A model generated the notes under the pieces. It had not been told where the DNA came from. It worked only from the letters and a program-made list of their open reading frames with translations, and did no database searches. Of a stretch of 64,000 nt of DNA, positions 35,907 through 43,906 are shown one piece after another. The translations under genes and the position numbers were made by a program. Location of the stretch: NCBI GenBank assembly GCA_963815775.1, contig CAWFIB010000005.1, forward strand, positions 17,482-81,481. The letters are read 5' to 3'. Position 1 is the first letter of the stretch. The number at the start of each line of letters is the position of its first letter. The stretch is from an uncultured Acidobacteriaceae bacterium (GTDB lineage: Bacteria > Acidobacteriota > Terriglobia > Terriglobales > Acidobacteriaceae).

Positions 35907-36643
35907 AGATTCGCCTCGCAGCGGTTCTAGCTCTTGCGCTGGCAACGTCCGCCATTGTGGGATGTCATCTTCCCGGCAAGCCTCCCCCGGGTCCCGAGGT
36001 TCCCAACCCCGACACAGTTCTTAATGCCAAGCTCCTGTACAGCCAGAACTGTGCGGGTTGCCACGGCGCGGACGGCAGGCATGGCGCAACCATCGGCATT
36101 GGCGACCCCGTGTACCTGGCGATTGCGAGCGAAGACACCATGCGGTCGGTGGTCAGCAAAGGCCGGGCCGGAACCGCAATGTCCGCCTTCGCCCAGAAAG
36201 AAGGCGGCATGTTGACCGATGCGCAGGTCGACGCCATCGTGCGCGGCATTCGCGAGCGCTGGAGCAATCCCAGCGCGGTCGCCGGCGTCAATCCTCCGCC
36301 GTATGCAGCGACAGCGCCGGGCGATGTGCAACGCGGACAAGCCGCTTACAACAAGTTCTGCGCAAGCTGTCACGGCGAAGCCAACGGCGGTGGCTCGAAG
36401 GCAGGCTCCGTGCTCGACCCGGCGTATCTCAGCCTGATCACCAATCAGGGCTTGCGCACCATCGTGATCACCGGCAGGCCCGACTTTAACGCGCCCGACT
36501 GGCGCAACAATGTTCCCGGACAGCCCATGACCGATCAAGAGATTACCGATGCTGTCGCTTTCCTGGCTTCGCATCGTCCCGCCACCGCGGCTGTGCAGAA
36601 CCCGCCGCCCGCAGCGGCCAATGCTTCCGGAGGTTCCCAATGA
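35903..36643 (+). CDS. dihaem c-type cytochrome lipoprotein (QcrC-like position)
   Basis: Lipobox IVGC. Two CxxCH motifs (CAGCHG, CASCHG) with downstream Met candidates. Confidence 0.85.
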   Translation: MKIRLAAVLALALATSAIVGCHLPGKPPPGPEVPNPDTVLNAKLLYSQNCAGCHGADGRHGATIGIGDPVYLAIASEDTMRSVVSKGRAGTAMSAFAQKEGGMLTDAQVDAIVRGIRERWSNPSAVAGVNPPPYAATAPGDVQRGQAAYNKFCASCHGEANGGGSKAGSVLDPAYLSLITNQGLRTIVITGRPDFNAPDWRNNVPGQPMTDQEITDAVAFLASHRPATAAVQNPPPAAANASGGSQ

Positions 36644-37221
36644 GTTCGCAGCCTGAGCCGGCGAATCAGCAGAGCGAAAAGAATGAAATTTCCCGCCGCG
36701 AGGTATTTTTCAAGATCGGTGTATTGCTGAACGGTTTGGCGGCGGTGATCCTGGCGACGCCGATCATCGGCTACCTGGTGTCGCCGATTCTCGAGGCGAA
36801 AGGCAACGGCTTCAAGCGCTGGATTGTTCTCGGGGAACTAGACGAATTTCCTGAGAATCAGACACGGCTGGCCAAGTTCAAGAATCCCATCACCGGTGTC
36901 TCCGATGGCCAGACGGATGACATCCCTTGCTGGGTCCGGCGCTTGTCGGGCGAACAATTCCAAGTCTTCGCTATCAACTGCGCGCATCTTGGATGCCCGG
37001 TGCGCTGGTTTCCGCAGTCCGGACTGTTCATGTGCCCCTGCCACGGTGGCGTCTATTACCAGGATGGCTCTCGTGCCTCAGGGCCGCCGCCACGCGGCCT
37101 GTTTGAATACCAGTACAAGGTCGAGGACGGCAAGCTGATAATCCTGGCAGGTCAGTTGCCGACGCTCTCCACCACGGCGGCCCTGCGTGGTCCGAAGAGG
37201 AGTGGCGGATGTCAAGGCTAA
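36640..37221 (+). CDS. Rieske [2Fe-2S] protein of a cytochrome bc-type complex
   Basis: Cluster-binding boxes CAHLGCP and CPCHGG, with an N-terminal TM anchor. There is a 4-nt overlap with the upstream gene. Confidence 0.9.
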   Translation: MSSQPEPANQQSEKNEISRREVFFKIGVLLNGLAAVILATPIIGYLVSPILEAKGNGFKRWIVLGELDEFPENQTRLAKFKNPITGVSDGQTDDIPCWVRRLSGEQFQVFAINCAHLGCPVRWFPQSGLFMCPCHGGVYYQDGSRASGPPPRGLFEYQYKVEDGKLIILAGQLPTLSTTAALRGPKRSGGCQG

Positions 37222-38669
37222 GCCGAATCGGCGACTGGTTTGAACGCAGGCTGCAGATTGCCGGAGCCATACGCGAAGCTGCCGAACATCCTGTTCCACG
37301 GAAATCGGCGAGTTGGTTTTACGTCTTCGGCAGCGCCGCGCTGACCATCTTCATCCTTCAGGTATTCACCGGCATCCTGCTCGCGCTGATCTACGTCCCC
37401 AGCGCCGCCGAAGCCTGGAATAGCCTTCAGTTCCTGAATCACGCGGTCACCCTGGGATGGTTCCTGCGCGCCGTTCACGGCTGGGGCTCGAACTTCATGG
37501 TGGCCGTGGTGCTGATCCACATGTGCCAGGTGTTTTTGTTCGGCGCATATAAATTCCCCCGTGAGCTCACCTGGATCGTCGGCGTCTTCCTGCTGTTGAT
37601 GACCTTGGCGATGGCCTTCACCGGGCAGGTCATGCGCTTCGATCAGGATGCCTACTGGGGTATCGGGATTGGCGCGTCGATTGCCGGCCGGGTGCCGGTG
37701 CTCGGGCCGTATGTCGTACACATGCTGCTGGGAGGGCCCATTATCGCGGGCGCCACCTTGTCGCGCTTTTTCGCGCTGCATGTGTTCGTTATCCCAGGGT
37801 TGCTGATCGCCCTTGTCTCCCTCCACCTGTTGATGGTCCTCAAGCTGGGCGTCAACGAGTGGCCGATGCCGGGGCGCGTCGTTCGCCGCTCAACCTACTT
37901 GCAGGAATACCACGAGCTGACGAAGAAGCGCGGCGTGCCCTTCGTCCCCGTTGCCATCTGGAAGGACATGTTCTTCTCCGCCGCCATCATCGTCGCCGTA
38001 ATGGCGTGCGCGGCATACTTCGGGCCGTTCGGGCCGACTGGCTATCCCAATCCCACCATCATCCAGACCATCCCCAAGCCCGACTTCTTCTTCCTCTGGC
38101 TCTATGCCATGCTGGCATTGCTGCCTCCGTCGCTGGAGACACCACTGCTCCTCATTGGTCCCGTCATTGCCATCGGCTTCCTCGTCGTCCTGCCCTTTAT
38201 CTCCGGCGAAGGCGAGAAGAGCTGGAAGCGGCGGCCCATCGCCGTGGTCACACTGCTGCTCATCGCTGTAGCGCTGGGGACATTTACCAGGCTTGCGACC
38301 TACTCTCCGTGGAGCCCGGTGATGGATGGCTGGAGCAGTGATCCCGTTCCAGTCGAGTTCTTGAACGGCAGAACGCCCCTGGAGCGGCAGGGAGCGCTGG
38401 TCTTTCAAGGCAAACAGTGTCGCAATTGTCACTCGCTCGACGGCGTCGGCGGCAAACGTGGCCCGGAACTCGATCGCGTGGCGACGCGCATGACGCCTGA
38501 CCAACTGGTGCGGCAGGTGATCCAGGGTGGCGGCAATATGCCGGCCTACGGCAAGAACCTGAACCCCGCAGAGGTGACCGCTCTGGTTTCATTCCTGGAG
38601 ACGCTGCACCCGCCGAACCAACGTCCGGCGCGCGATGCCGCCGGGCGGGCCGTCGTGCCCCTGCCTTAG
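37209..38669 (+). CDS. cytochrome b (b6 plus subunit-IV-like parts fused) with a C-terminal monohaem cytochrome c domain
   Basis: Four candidate b-haem His ligands are in the expected helices (RAVHGWG, LIHM, FALHVF, SLHLL). The Qo-site position reads PDFF (38079-38090). C-terminal CRNCHS...GNMPAY. Confidence 0.9.
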   Translation: MSRLSRIGDWFERRLQIAGAIREAAEHPVPRKSASWFYVFGSAALTIFILQVFTGILLALIYVPSAAEAWNSLQFLNHAVTLGWFLRAVHGWGSNFMVAVVLIHMCQVFLFGAYKFPRELTWIVGVFLLLMTLAMAFTGQVMRFDQDAYWGIGIGASIAGRVPVLGPYVVHMLLGGPIIAGATLSRFFALHVFVIPGLLIALVSLHLLMVLKLGVNEWPMPGRVVRRSTYLQEYHELTKKRGVPFVPVAIWKDMFFSAAIIVAVMACAAYFGPFGPTGYPNPTIIQTIPKPDFFFLWLYAMLALLPPSLETPLLLIGPVIAIGFLVVLPFISGEGEKSWKRRPIAVVTLLLIAVALGTFTRLATYSPWSPVMDGWSSDPVPVEFLNGRTPLERQGALVFQGKQCRNCHSLDGVGGKRGPELDRVATRMTPDQLVRQVIQGGGNMPAYGKNLNPAEVTALVSFLETLHPPNQRPARDAAGRAVVPLP

Positions 38670-38695
38670 CGAGGCTCGGTTGCCTTGTAACGACG

Positions 38696-38890
38696 TTTTG
38701 AAGGGGCGCAGCTTCGGCTGCGCCGTTGCCATCCGTTTATTTTTGACAATGCGAGCCGACGCCTGTCGGCGAGCGATCAACGTTTTCGACTTTTTCAGCA
38801 GCCTGATCAGCCGCTGCGCGTTGAACCTCAGGGCTGAAGACCCTTGTGTGTTCTGGCAAGTCACGCGGTTGAAGCCGCGCCCTTTCAAAA
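38696..38890. repeat. composite hairpin element bounded by inverted ttttgaaggggcgc / gcgccctttcaaaa ends
   Basis: Read directly. It contains ggcgcagc-ttcg-gctgcgcc and gccgac-gcct-gtcggc hairpins and lies between the cytochrome b gene and ctaG. Confidence 0.75.
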
Positions 38891-38925
38891 CCGGCTGAAC
38901 CCGCCGAGTAAACTGGACGAGACCC

Positions 38926-40443
38926 ATGTCTCCCGCTTTGCACGCCGCGCTCGCATCCTGGGTCATTCCCTGGGTGCCCACCCTGGGAATCTGCATAACC
39001 GTTTTGCTCTACTTGCGCGGCTGGTACCTGCTGCGTTGCGCCGGCTTTCCCCTGATTCCGCCATGGCGCGTGTGGGCGTTTCTCTCTGGCATGTTCGCGC
39101 TCTGGGTCGCGCTGGCCTCGCCTATGGACGTCTTCAACGGCTGGCTGCTGACCGCGCACATGTTTCAGCACATGGTGCTGATGATGCTGGCGCCGCCGCT
39201 GATCCTGCTGGGTGCGCCGGTGATTCCCCTGGTCCGCGGCCTGCCGGTCTTTGCCGCGCGCGAGTTTGCTGGCCCCTTCCTCAACTGGAAGCCGGCGCAG
39301 CGCCTGGGTCGGGTGCTCACCCAGCCGGTCTTCGCGCTCGTGCTCATGGGAGTGGTGATGCTCGGCTGGCATGTGCCCGCGTTGTACGAGCTGGCCCTGA
39401 GATCGTCGGCATGGCACCAGTTTGAACACGTTTGCTTCCTTGTGACCGCGCTGATCTTCTGGTGGCCGATCGTTGAGCCGTGGCCGAGCCACGCGCAGTG
39501 GCCGCGATGGGCGATGGTGCCCTATCTTCTGGTTGCCGATCTGCTGAACACCATTCTGTCCGCCGCGTTGGTATTTGCCGATCATGTGCTCTATCCGTCC
39601 TATCTCGACGCGCCTCAAGTCTTCGGGCTGAATCCGCAGCAGGACCAGGCAGCCGCCGGAGCTCTCATGTGGGTTTTGGGCTCAATGGCGTTCATCGTGC
39701 CTGCAGTGCTGGTCGCAGTCCAATGCCTGGCACGCCCACCCTTGGCATTGCAACCGCACAGGCTGAAAAAGCGGCGTCCGATATTTGCAGGATATTGGCA
39801 GGGTGCGATGGCGAAGCTGGGATTCGACAGTTGGGGGGCAGACGCCGCGTCTTTCGTCGCGCTCTTCGTCGCCACCGGATTGGCATTCTCGGCGGTGATG
39901 GCGTTTTCTGGCTCCGACGCTGACGACCTTGCGTTATGTGCGCAGCAGCAGAGTGGAAACCTCGCGCTCTGGGTTTACGTGGCCGGTGACGGCATGAATG
40001 TCGGCGATAACGACGTCAGCGTTTTGGTACAGGACGCCGCCGGCAACGCTTCTCTGGACAGCCGTGTCGAAGTCAGCGCGGCCAGCGGAAACCAGGATCA
40101 CAACCAGGGATTTGCTATCAGCGGGCAGGAAAGCGACTCTGAAAACAAGCTGATGAAGTCCGCTGTCATTGAACTTCCAACCGCCGGCGCCTGGCTGATT
40201 CGAGTTGGCGTGGCCCATGCTTCGCCGGATGCTTCAATAATGTTTCCCGTCGAGGCCGTGCCGCACAACTCCGGCTTCGATGACTGGTGGCCCTACCTCA
40301 TCTTTCCCGTCATCGCCGCCTGTTTGCTGCTGATCCATGCTTATCGCCATCGGGCTGCGGCGCCACGCCCGCAGTCGATTCCGGTGGCTCACACCAGGCG
40401 TGCTGCCCACCACAACACGAATCCGCCCAGCAGAATCCGGTAA
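38926..40443 (+). CDS. ctaG: cytochrome c oxidase assembly factor CtaG (Caa3_CtaG family) with a ~200-aa C-terminal extension
   Basis: The N-terminal ~290 aa are polytopic, with the LLTAHMFQHMVLMMLAPPLILLGAP motif typical of the family. The C-terminal part looks like a soluble beta-rich domain followed by one TM helix. The last 55 nt overlap convergent uppP. Confidence 0.8.
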   Translation: MSPALHAALASWVIPWVPTLGICITVLLYLRGWYLLRCAGFPLIPPWRVWAFLSGMFALWVALASPMDVFNGWLLTAHMFQHMVLMMLAPPLILLGAPVIPLVRGLPVFAAREFAGPFLNWKPAQRLGRVLTQPVFALVLMGVVMLGWHVPALYELALRSSAWHQFEHVCFLVTALIFWWPIVEPWPSHAQWPRWAMVPYLLVADLLNTILSAALVFADHVLYPSYLDAPQVFGLNPQQDQAAAGALMWVLGSMAFIVPAVLVAVQCLARPPLALQPHRLKKRRPIFAGYWQGAMAKLGFDSWGADAASFVALFVATGLAFSAVMAFSGSDADDLALCAQQQSGNLALWVYVAGDGMNVGDNDVSVLVQDAAGNASLDSRVEVSAASGNQDHNQGFAISGQESDSENKLMKSAVIELPTAGAWLIRVGVAHASPDASIMFPVEAVPHNSGFDDWWPYLIFPVIAACLLLIHAYRHRAAAPRPQSIPVAHTRRAAHHNTNPPSRIR

Positions 40444-41276
40444 ATCGCGAAAACCGTAAAGCCGCGCGTGCGCACCCAGCGCATGAACCAGGCCACAACT
40501 CCATAAGCCACGATGAACGACACCACGAAGCCGACGATCAGCACGAGAATGTGGTGACCATCCGTAGGCAATTCTCCGATCACGCTGGGTTCGCCATGAT
40601 GCGGCCGCAGCGACTTGAGCAGGTCATAGCAAGTAGCGACGACCATCGTCGGGATGGAGAGAAAGAAGGAAAATTCCAGCGCGGTCGGGCGGTCCATCCC
40701 GGCAAGCTCGCCGGCGGTGATGGTTGCCATCGAGCGCGACGTGCCGGGGAAGACTGCCGACAAAATCTGGCACAGTCCAATCCACACTGCCTGGCCAACC
40801 GACATCTGCTCCATATCGGTGGTCAGACCGCCGCGAGCGAAGGCTTTGTGCTGCGAGCGCTCGTACATGGCATCGACGATCCACATGACAACTCCGCCAA
40901 TGATCAGCGACCAGGCCATGATGTGAATGTCTTCCAGGTGCTTGCCGATGATCTTGGTCAGCAGAAATGCCGGGAGCGCGGTGCAGACGAAGGCAATGAT
41001 GGTCAGCGAGAACGGATGAGTGAGCACCGTGCGATCACCGCGTTTGCCCTGCGGGAAGTCGCGCATGAACTCAACAATGCGCGGCCAGAAGTAAATGGGC
41101 AGGCAAAGAATCGCGCCCAACTGGATGACGATGGAGAACATCTTCCAGTAGCCGTTGGCCAGGTCGAGGCCGAGAAACGCCTCGCAAATTCGCAGGTGCG
41201 CCGTCGAGCTGACGGGAAGAAATTCAGTCAGGCCTTCAATGATGCCCAGCAGGACAGACAGCAGGTAGTCGTTCAA
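40389..41276 (-). CDS. uppP: undecaprenyl-diphosphate phosphatase
   Basis: LLGIIEGLTEFLPVSSTAHLRI and the PGTSRS motif. Confidence 0.92.
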   Translation of the reverse strand: MNDYLLSVLLGIIEGLTEFLPVSSTAHLRICEAFLGLDLANGYWKMFSIVIQLGAILCLPIYFWPRIVEFMRDFPQGKRGDRTVLTHPFSLTIIAFVCTALPAFLLTKIIGKHLEDIHIMAWSLIIGGVVMWIVDAMYERSQHKAFARGGLTTDMEQMSVGQAVWIGLCQILSAVFPGTSRSMATITAGELAGMDRPTALEFSFFLSIPTMVVATCYDLLKSLRPHHGEPSVIGELPTDGHHILVLIVGFVVSFIVAYGVVAWFMRWVRTRGFTVFAIYRILLGGFVLWWAARLV

Positions 41277-41310
41277 GGGGTTCCTCGGGTACTACTGTGG
41301 TTGGCAATAA

Positions 41311-41481
41311 CCCGCGTCAGGGCACGGCCTCGGCCGTGCCGATATACGCTCTTTCAATATATGTGAGTCCCTTTCAGGGACGACACAAAAGCAGGTCCTT
41401 CGGCGGCTGAAGCCGCCTCAGGATGACAACGGGAAACATACAACTGTAGCGGCACGACTTAAAGTCGTGCCCTGACGCGGG
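41311..41481. repeat. MITE-like composite bounded by 15-nt inverted repeats cccgcgtcagggcac / gtgccctgacgcggg
   Basis: Read directly. The interior holds a family B variant (gcaggtccttcggcggctgaagccgcctcaggatgacaac) and a gtccct-ttc-agggac hairpin. Confidence 0.8.
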
Positions 41482-41538
41482 GCAGTGCCACAGAGGGGCT
41501 TCTTGCACGCCTGAACGCCTACTCCCCCGCACCCAACG

Positions 41539-42495
41539 TCACTCCACCGCATTCCCCCACGCCGGAATACCAGTCTGCACCATATATATCAGAGTCTGGG
41601 CGCGGTTCGACCAGTCAGTCGCTTCCGGGTATTGCGAGATGAGCTTCTTGGAGATACTGATCGAGCGGGCAGCGGCGTCGTCAGCTTTTTTCTGCTGGTT
41701 GCTGGACTTGTAAATCGTTACAAGAGCCGCCTGCCGCCAGGCCGCGTTGTAAAGCGCTTCCGGGGCCTTGGGAGATTTCGGATGCTCATCCGCGTACTTA
41801 ACGTAGATCTCCGACTCTTTCACCGGGCATTCGGCCTGCGCCTCCCACTCGCCGCAGAGCTTGTTATCGATCACCTCATACGCCGCCAGGTCGGCCCACT
41901 TGGTTCCCGGAAACTTCTTCATGACCTTCTTCATGTAGCTTTCGTCGAGGGGCATTCGCATACCGGGATCGCGCAGTTTCGCTGAGGGACGCGTCCTCTG
42001 ATCGGCCAGGTCGAGTTGCCAGCGGATGTCGGCGGCGCGGTACATTGCCTCAGCAGCCAGCGGTGAGGAAGGGAAGTACTCCACCACAGCGGCATAAAGC
42101 CGCATAGCGTCCTGGGCTGCGCCGCGGCGGCCGCCCCGCTCGCTGGCCTGGTATTCAGAACCCGCCGCTTCGCCGAAGATGATATTATCGCCGTCGGGCA
42201 CGTCGGGCGTGATGATGCCCTTATCGAGCATCCAGCCGGTGACATTGCGCTCGGTCTCCAGCGCAGGATTGGACGCAACCGTGGCGACGACATGCACCCA
42301 TCCCGGAGTGCGCTCCAGCACAACGACCTCACGGCCGCGCGCGATGTTGGAGAGCTTGTTCGAACTCGTGTCAGGAGTGAGGTAGACCACACCTTCGCGA
42401 ATGGTCACGCCGCGTGGGCCGACCGCGGCGAAGGCGCAGGAACAAGCCAGCAAAACGAAAGCACAACGAAGCAGAGAGCGAAGAGTTGCGGACAT
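41539..42495 (-). CDS. secreted protein with an N-terminal SH3b-like domain and a TPR/BamD-like helical C-terminal part
   Basis: Signal peptide MSATLRSLLRCAFVLLACSCAFA. SH3-like LSNIARGREVVVLERTPGWVHV. Helical repeats with the AMYRAADIRWQL / ALYNAAWRQA pattern. The longest ORF starts inside repeat sequence at 42582. Confidence 0.6.
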   Translation of the reverse strand: MSATLRSLLRCAFVLLACSCAFAAVGPRGVTIREGVVYLTPDTSSNKLSNIARGREVVVLERTPGWVHVVATVASNPALETERNVTGWMLDKGIITPDVPDGDNIIFGEAAGSEYQASERGGRRGAAQDAMRLYAAVVEYFPSSPLAAEAMYRAADIRWQLDLADQRTRPSAKLRDPGMRMPLDESYMKKVMKKFPGTKWADLAAYEVIDNKLCGEWEAQAECPVKESEIYVKYADEHPKSPKAPEALYNAAWRQAALVTIYKSSNQQKKADDAAARSISISKKLISQYPEATDWSNRAQTLIYMVQTGIPAWGNAVE

Positions 42496-42652
42496 CGAGT
42501 TCGATTGTAGCCTTGTCATGACGAGCGAAGCGAGGCATCTGTTCTGCAACGCGACGAGAACGGATCTCTCGCTGCACCCCAACTTCGCTCTAACTGGGAT
42601 TGTGTTTCGTTCTTCCAGGCAAGAGAAGAGACCTCGTCGCCCGAACGCTCAC

Positions 42653-42742
42653 GTCCCCGCAGGGGACAGCATATCTTAGCCCAGCGCTTCAGCGCTGGGT
42701 GAGTTGTCGGAGAGGCCCGAGTCCCGTCAGGGACGGCATATG
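42653..42742 (+). repeat. REP cluster (three stacked palindromes) ending 3 nt from the RAYT stop codon
   Basis: gtcccc-gca-ggggac, cccagcg-cttcag-cgctggg and gtcccgt-c-agggac are followed by ggcatatg. The same unit is repeated at 43313-43405 in direct orientation and at 43437-43489 in inverted orientation. Confidence 0.85.
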
Positions 42743-42744
42743 TC

Positions 42745-43182
42745 TTATCCGAAAACATACCGCGGATCGTAGGCCACGCCCGATTTCCGCAACAGCGTCA
42801 TGAATTCCTGCTCGAAACTCCACTTCTTGTGATGTTCCTCCTGGCGGGCGATGTACTCGGCGACTGCCTGCTTTTGCGATTGACTCACGCCAAAGGCTCC
42901 GTAGCCTTCCTGCCACGCGAACCGGATACCGCGCTCACCCAGCCAACGCGAGCTGTTTCCCTTCAAGTCCTGCACGACTTTCGCCAGCGCAACCGCCGCT
43001 GGCAAGGCAATCAGGAGATGAATGTGGTTGGGAATGCCTCCCGCTGCGAGAAGCGTAATATTTTTCGCGCGAGCCACGCCTGTTATGTATCGGCACAGCT
43101 CGTCAGGATCGGGGATGAGGTTGGCGCGCTCCTTCGTGCTGAACACGCAATGCCCGAGGATCCAGGCATGGGCGTGCGACAT
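42745..43182 (-). CDS. REP-associated tyrosine transposase (RAYT; IS200/IS605-type Y1 HUH transposase fold)
   Basis: 145 aa. HUH motif in NHIHLLI and a catalytic Tyr candidate in WQEGYGAF. There is no tnpB partner. It is flanked by REP palindromes rather than IS ends. Confidence 0.85.
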   Translation of the reverse strand: MSHAHAWILGHCVFSTKERANLIPDPDELCRYITGVARAKNITLLAAGGIPNHIHLLIALPAAVALAKVVQDLKGNSSRWLGERGIRFAWQEGYGAFGVSQSQKQAVAEYIARQEEHHKKWSFEQEFMTLLRKSGVAYDPRYVFG

Positions 43183-43312
43183 GAGAACAGATTAGCTGCC
43201 GCAGCCGTACCGATTCGGTGATGTGCGGCACACGATAAGGGGTCATGTGTCATCTCAGATGAGACTCGGAACCCTTCGTCTAATCCCTCGCGTTCTCAGT
43301 ACCTGCAAGCTC

Positions 43313-43489
43313 GTCCCGCTCTGCGGGACAGCACATCTAAGCCCAGCGTTTTAACGCTGGGTGGGCATTCCATTAGAGTTCGGAGTCCCGTTAGGGACGG
43401 CATATGGCGTGCCTACGGCACTCCTGTTATTTTTCCCAGCTTCCCAGCGCTGAAGCGCTGGGCTTAGATGTGTTGTCCCCTGCGGGGAC
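43313..43489. repeat. REP cluster upstream of the RAYT: one direct and one inverted unit (BIME-like)
   Basis: The direct unit 43313-43405 is about 80 percent identical by eye to 42653-42742. The reverse complement of 43437-43489 is gtccccgcaggggacaacacatctaagcccagcgcttcagcgctggg. Confidence 0.85.
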
Positions 43490-43510
43490 GGGAGAATTGG
43501 CAGACGAGCT

Positions 43511-43906
43511 TCAGTTAACGATTCCCGGGCATCTCTCGTTGTCCAAGAGCAACGGAATTCGCAGCTCATTCGCCGGACTGTTTCTTGTATCCAGTTGCCG
43601 AATCGCAGGCTTCCAACAGGGTGGCGCATAGCGACCAATTGGTCCTGCGGCTATTACCGCATAATCTCCAGGCAAGAGGTTCGCGAAGGAGAATTTTCCA
43701 TCCTCCCGAACCTCAGTTGTCTGTGTCTTGAATGTTTTCAGATCAACTAGCATTACGCGGGCGAGCGGCAGAGTTGCGCCAGTTGGATCTGTTACCACAC
43801 CAGAGATGGTTGGTGACGCTGGCGGGGCACTTTGAGAAGCTGCACTAAGCGCAACAAACACGAGCCCCGCAAAGACACAAAACGCATTTCGTCTGCGCAT
43901 TCTCAC
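43511..43906 (-). CDS. small secreted carboxypeptidase-regulatory-like (CarboxypepD_reg) domain protein
   Basis: Signal peptide, then ISGVVTDPTGATLPLARVMLVD...TTEVREDGKFSFANLLPGDYAV, a typical Cna-B/CarbopepD_reg fold pattern. The GTG start overlaps the upstream stop (GTGA). Confidence 0.65.
   Translation of the reverse strand: MRMRRRNAFCVFAGLVFVALSAASQSAPPASPTISGVVTDPTGATLPLARVMLVDLKTFKTQTTEVREDGKFSFANLLPGDYAVIAAGPIGRYAPPCWKPAIRQLDTRNSPANELRIPLLLDNERCPGIVN

Noticed and set aside
42600-43500. The clustered direct and inverted repeats could be a CRISPR array.
   Set aside because: The repeats are individually palindromic hairpins of differing sequence, not one repeat separated by unique spacers of constant length. 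They occur in both orientations and are scattered throughout the window. No cas genes are present.
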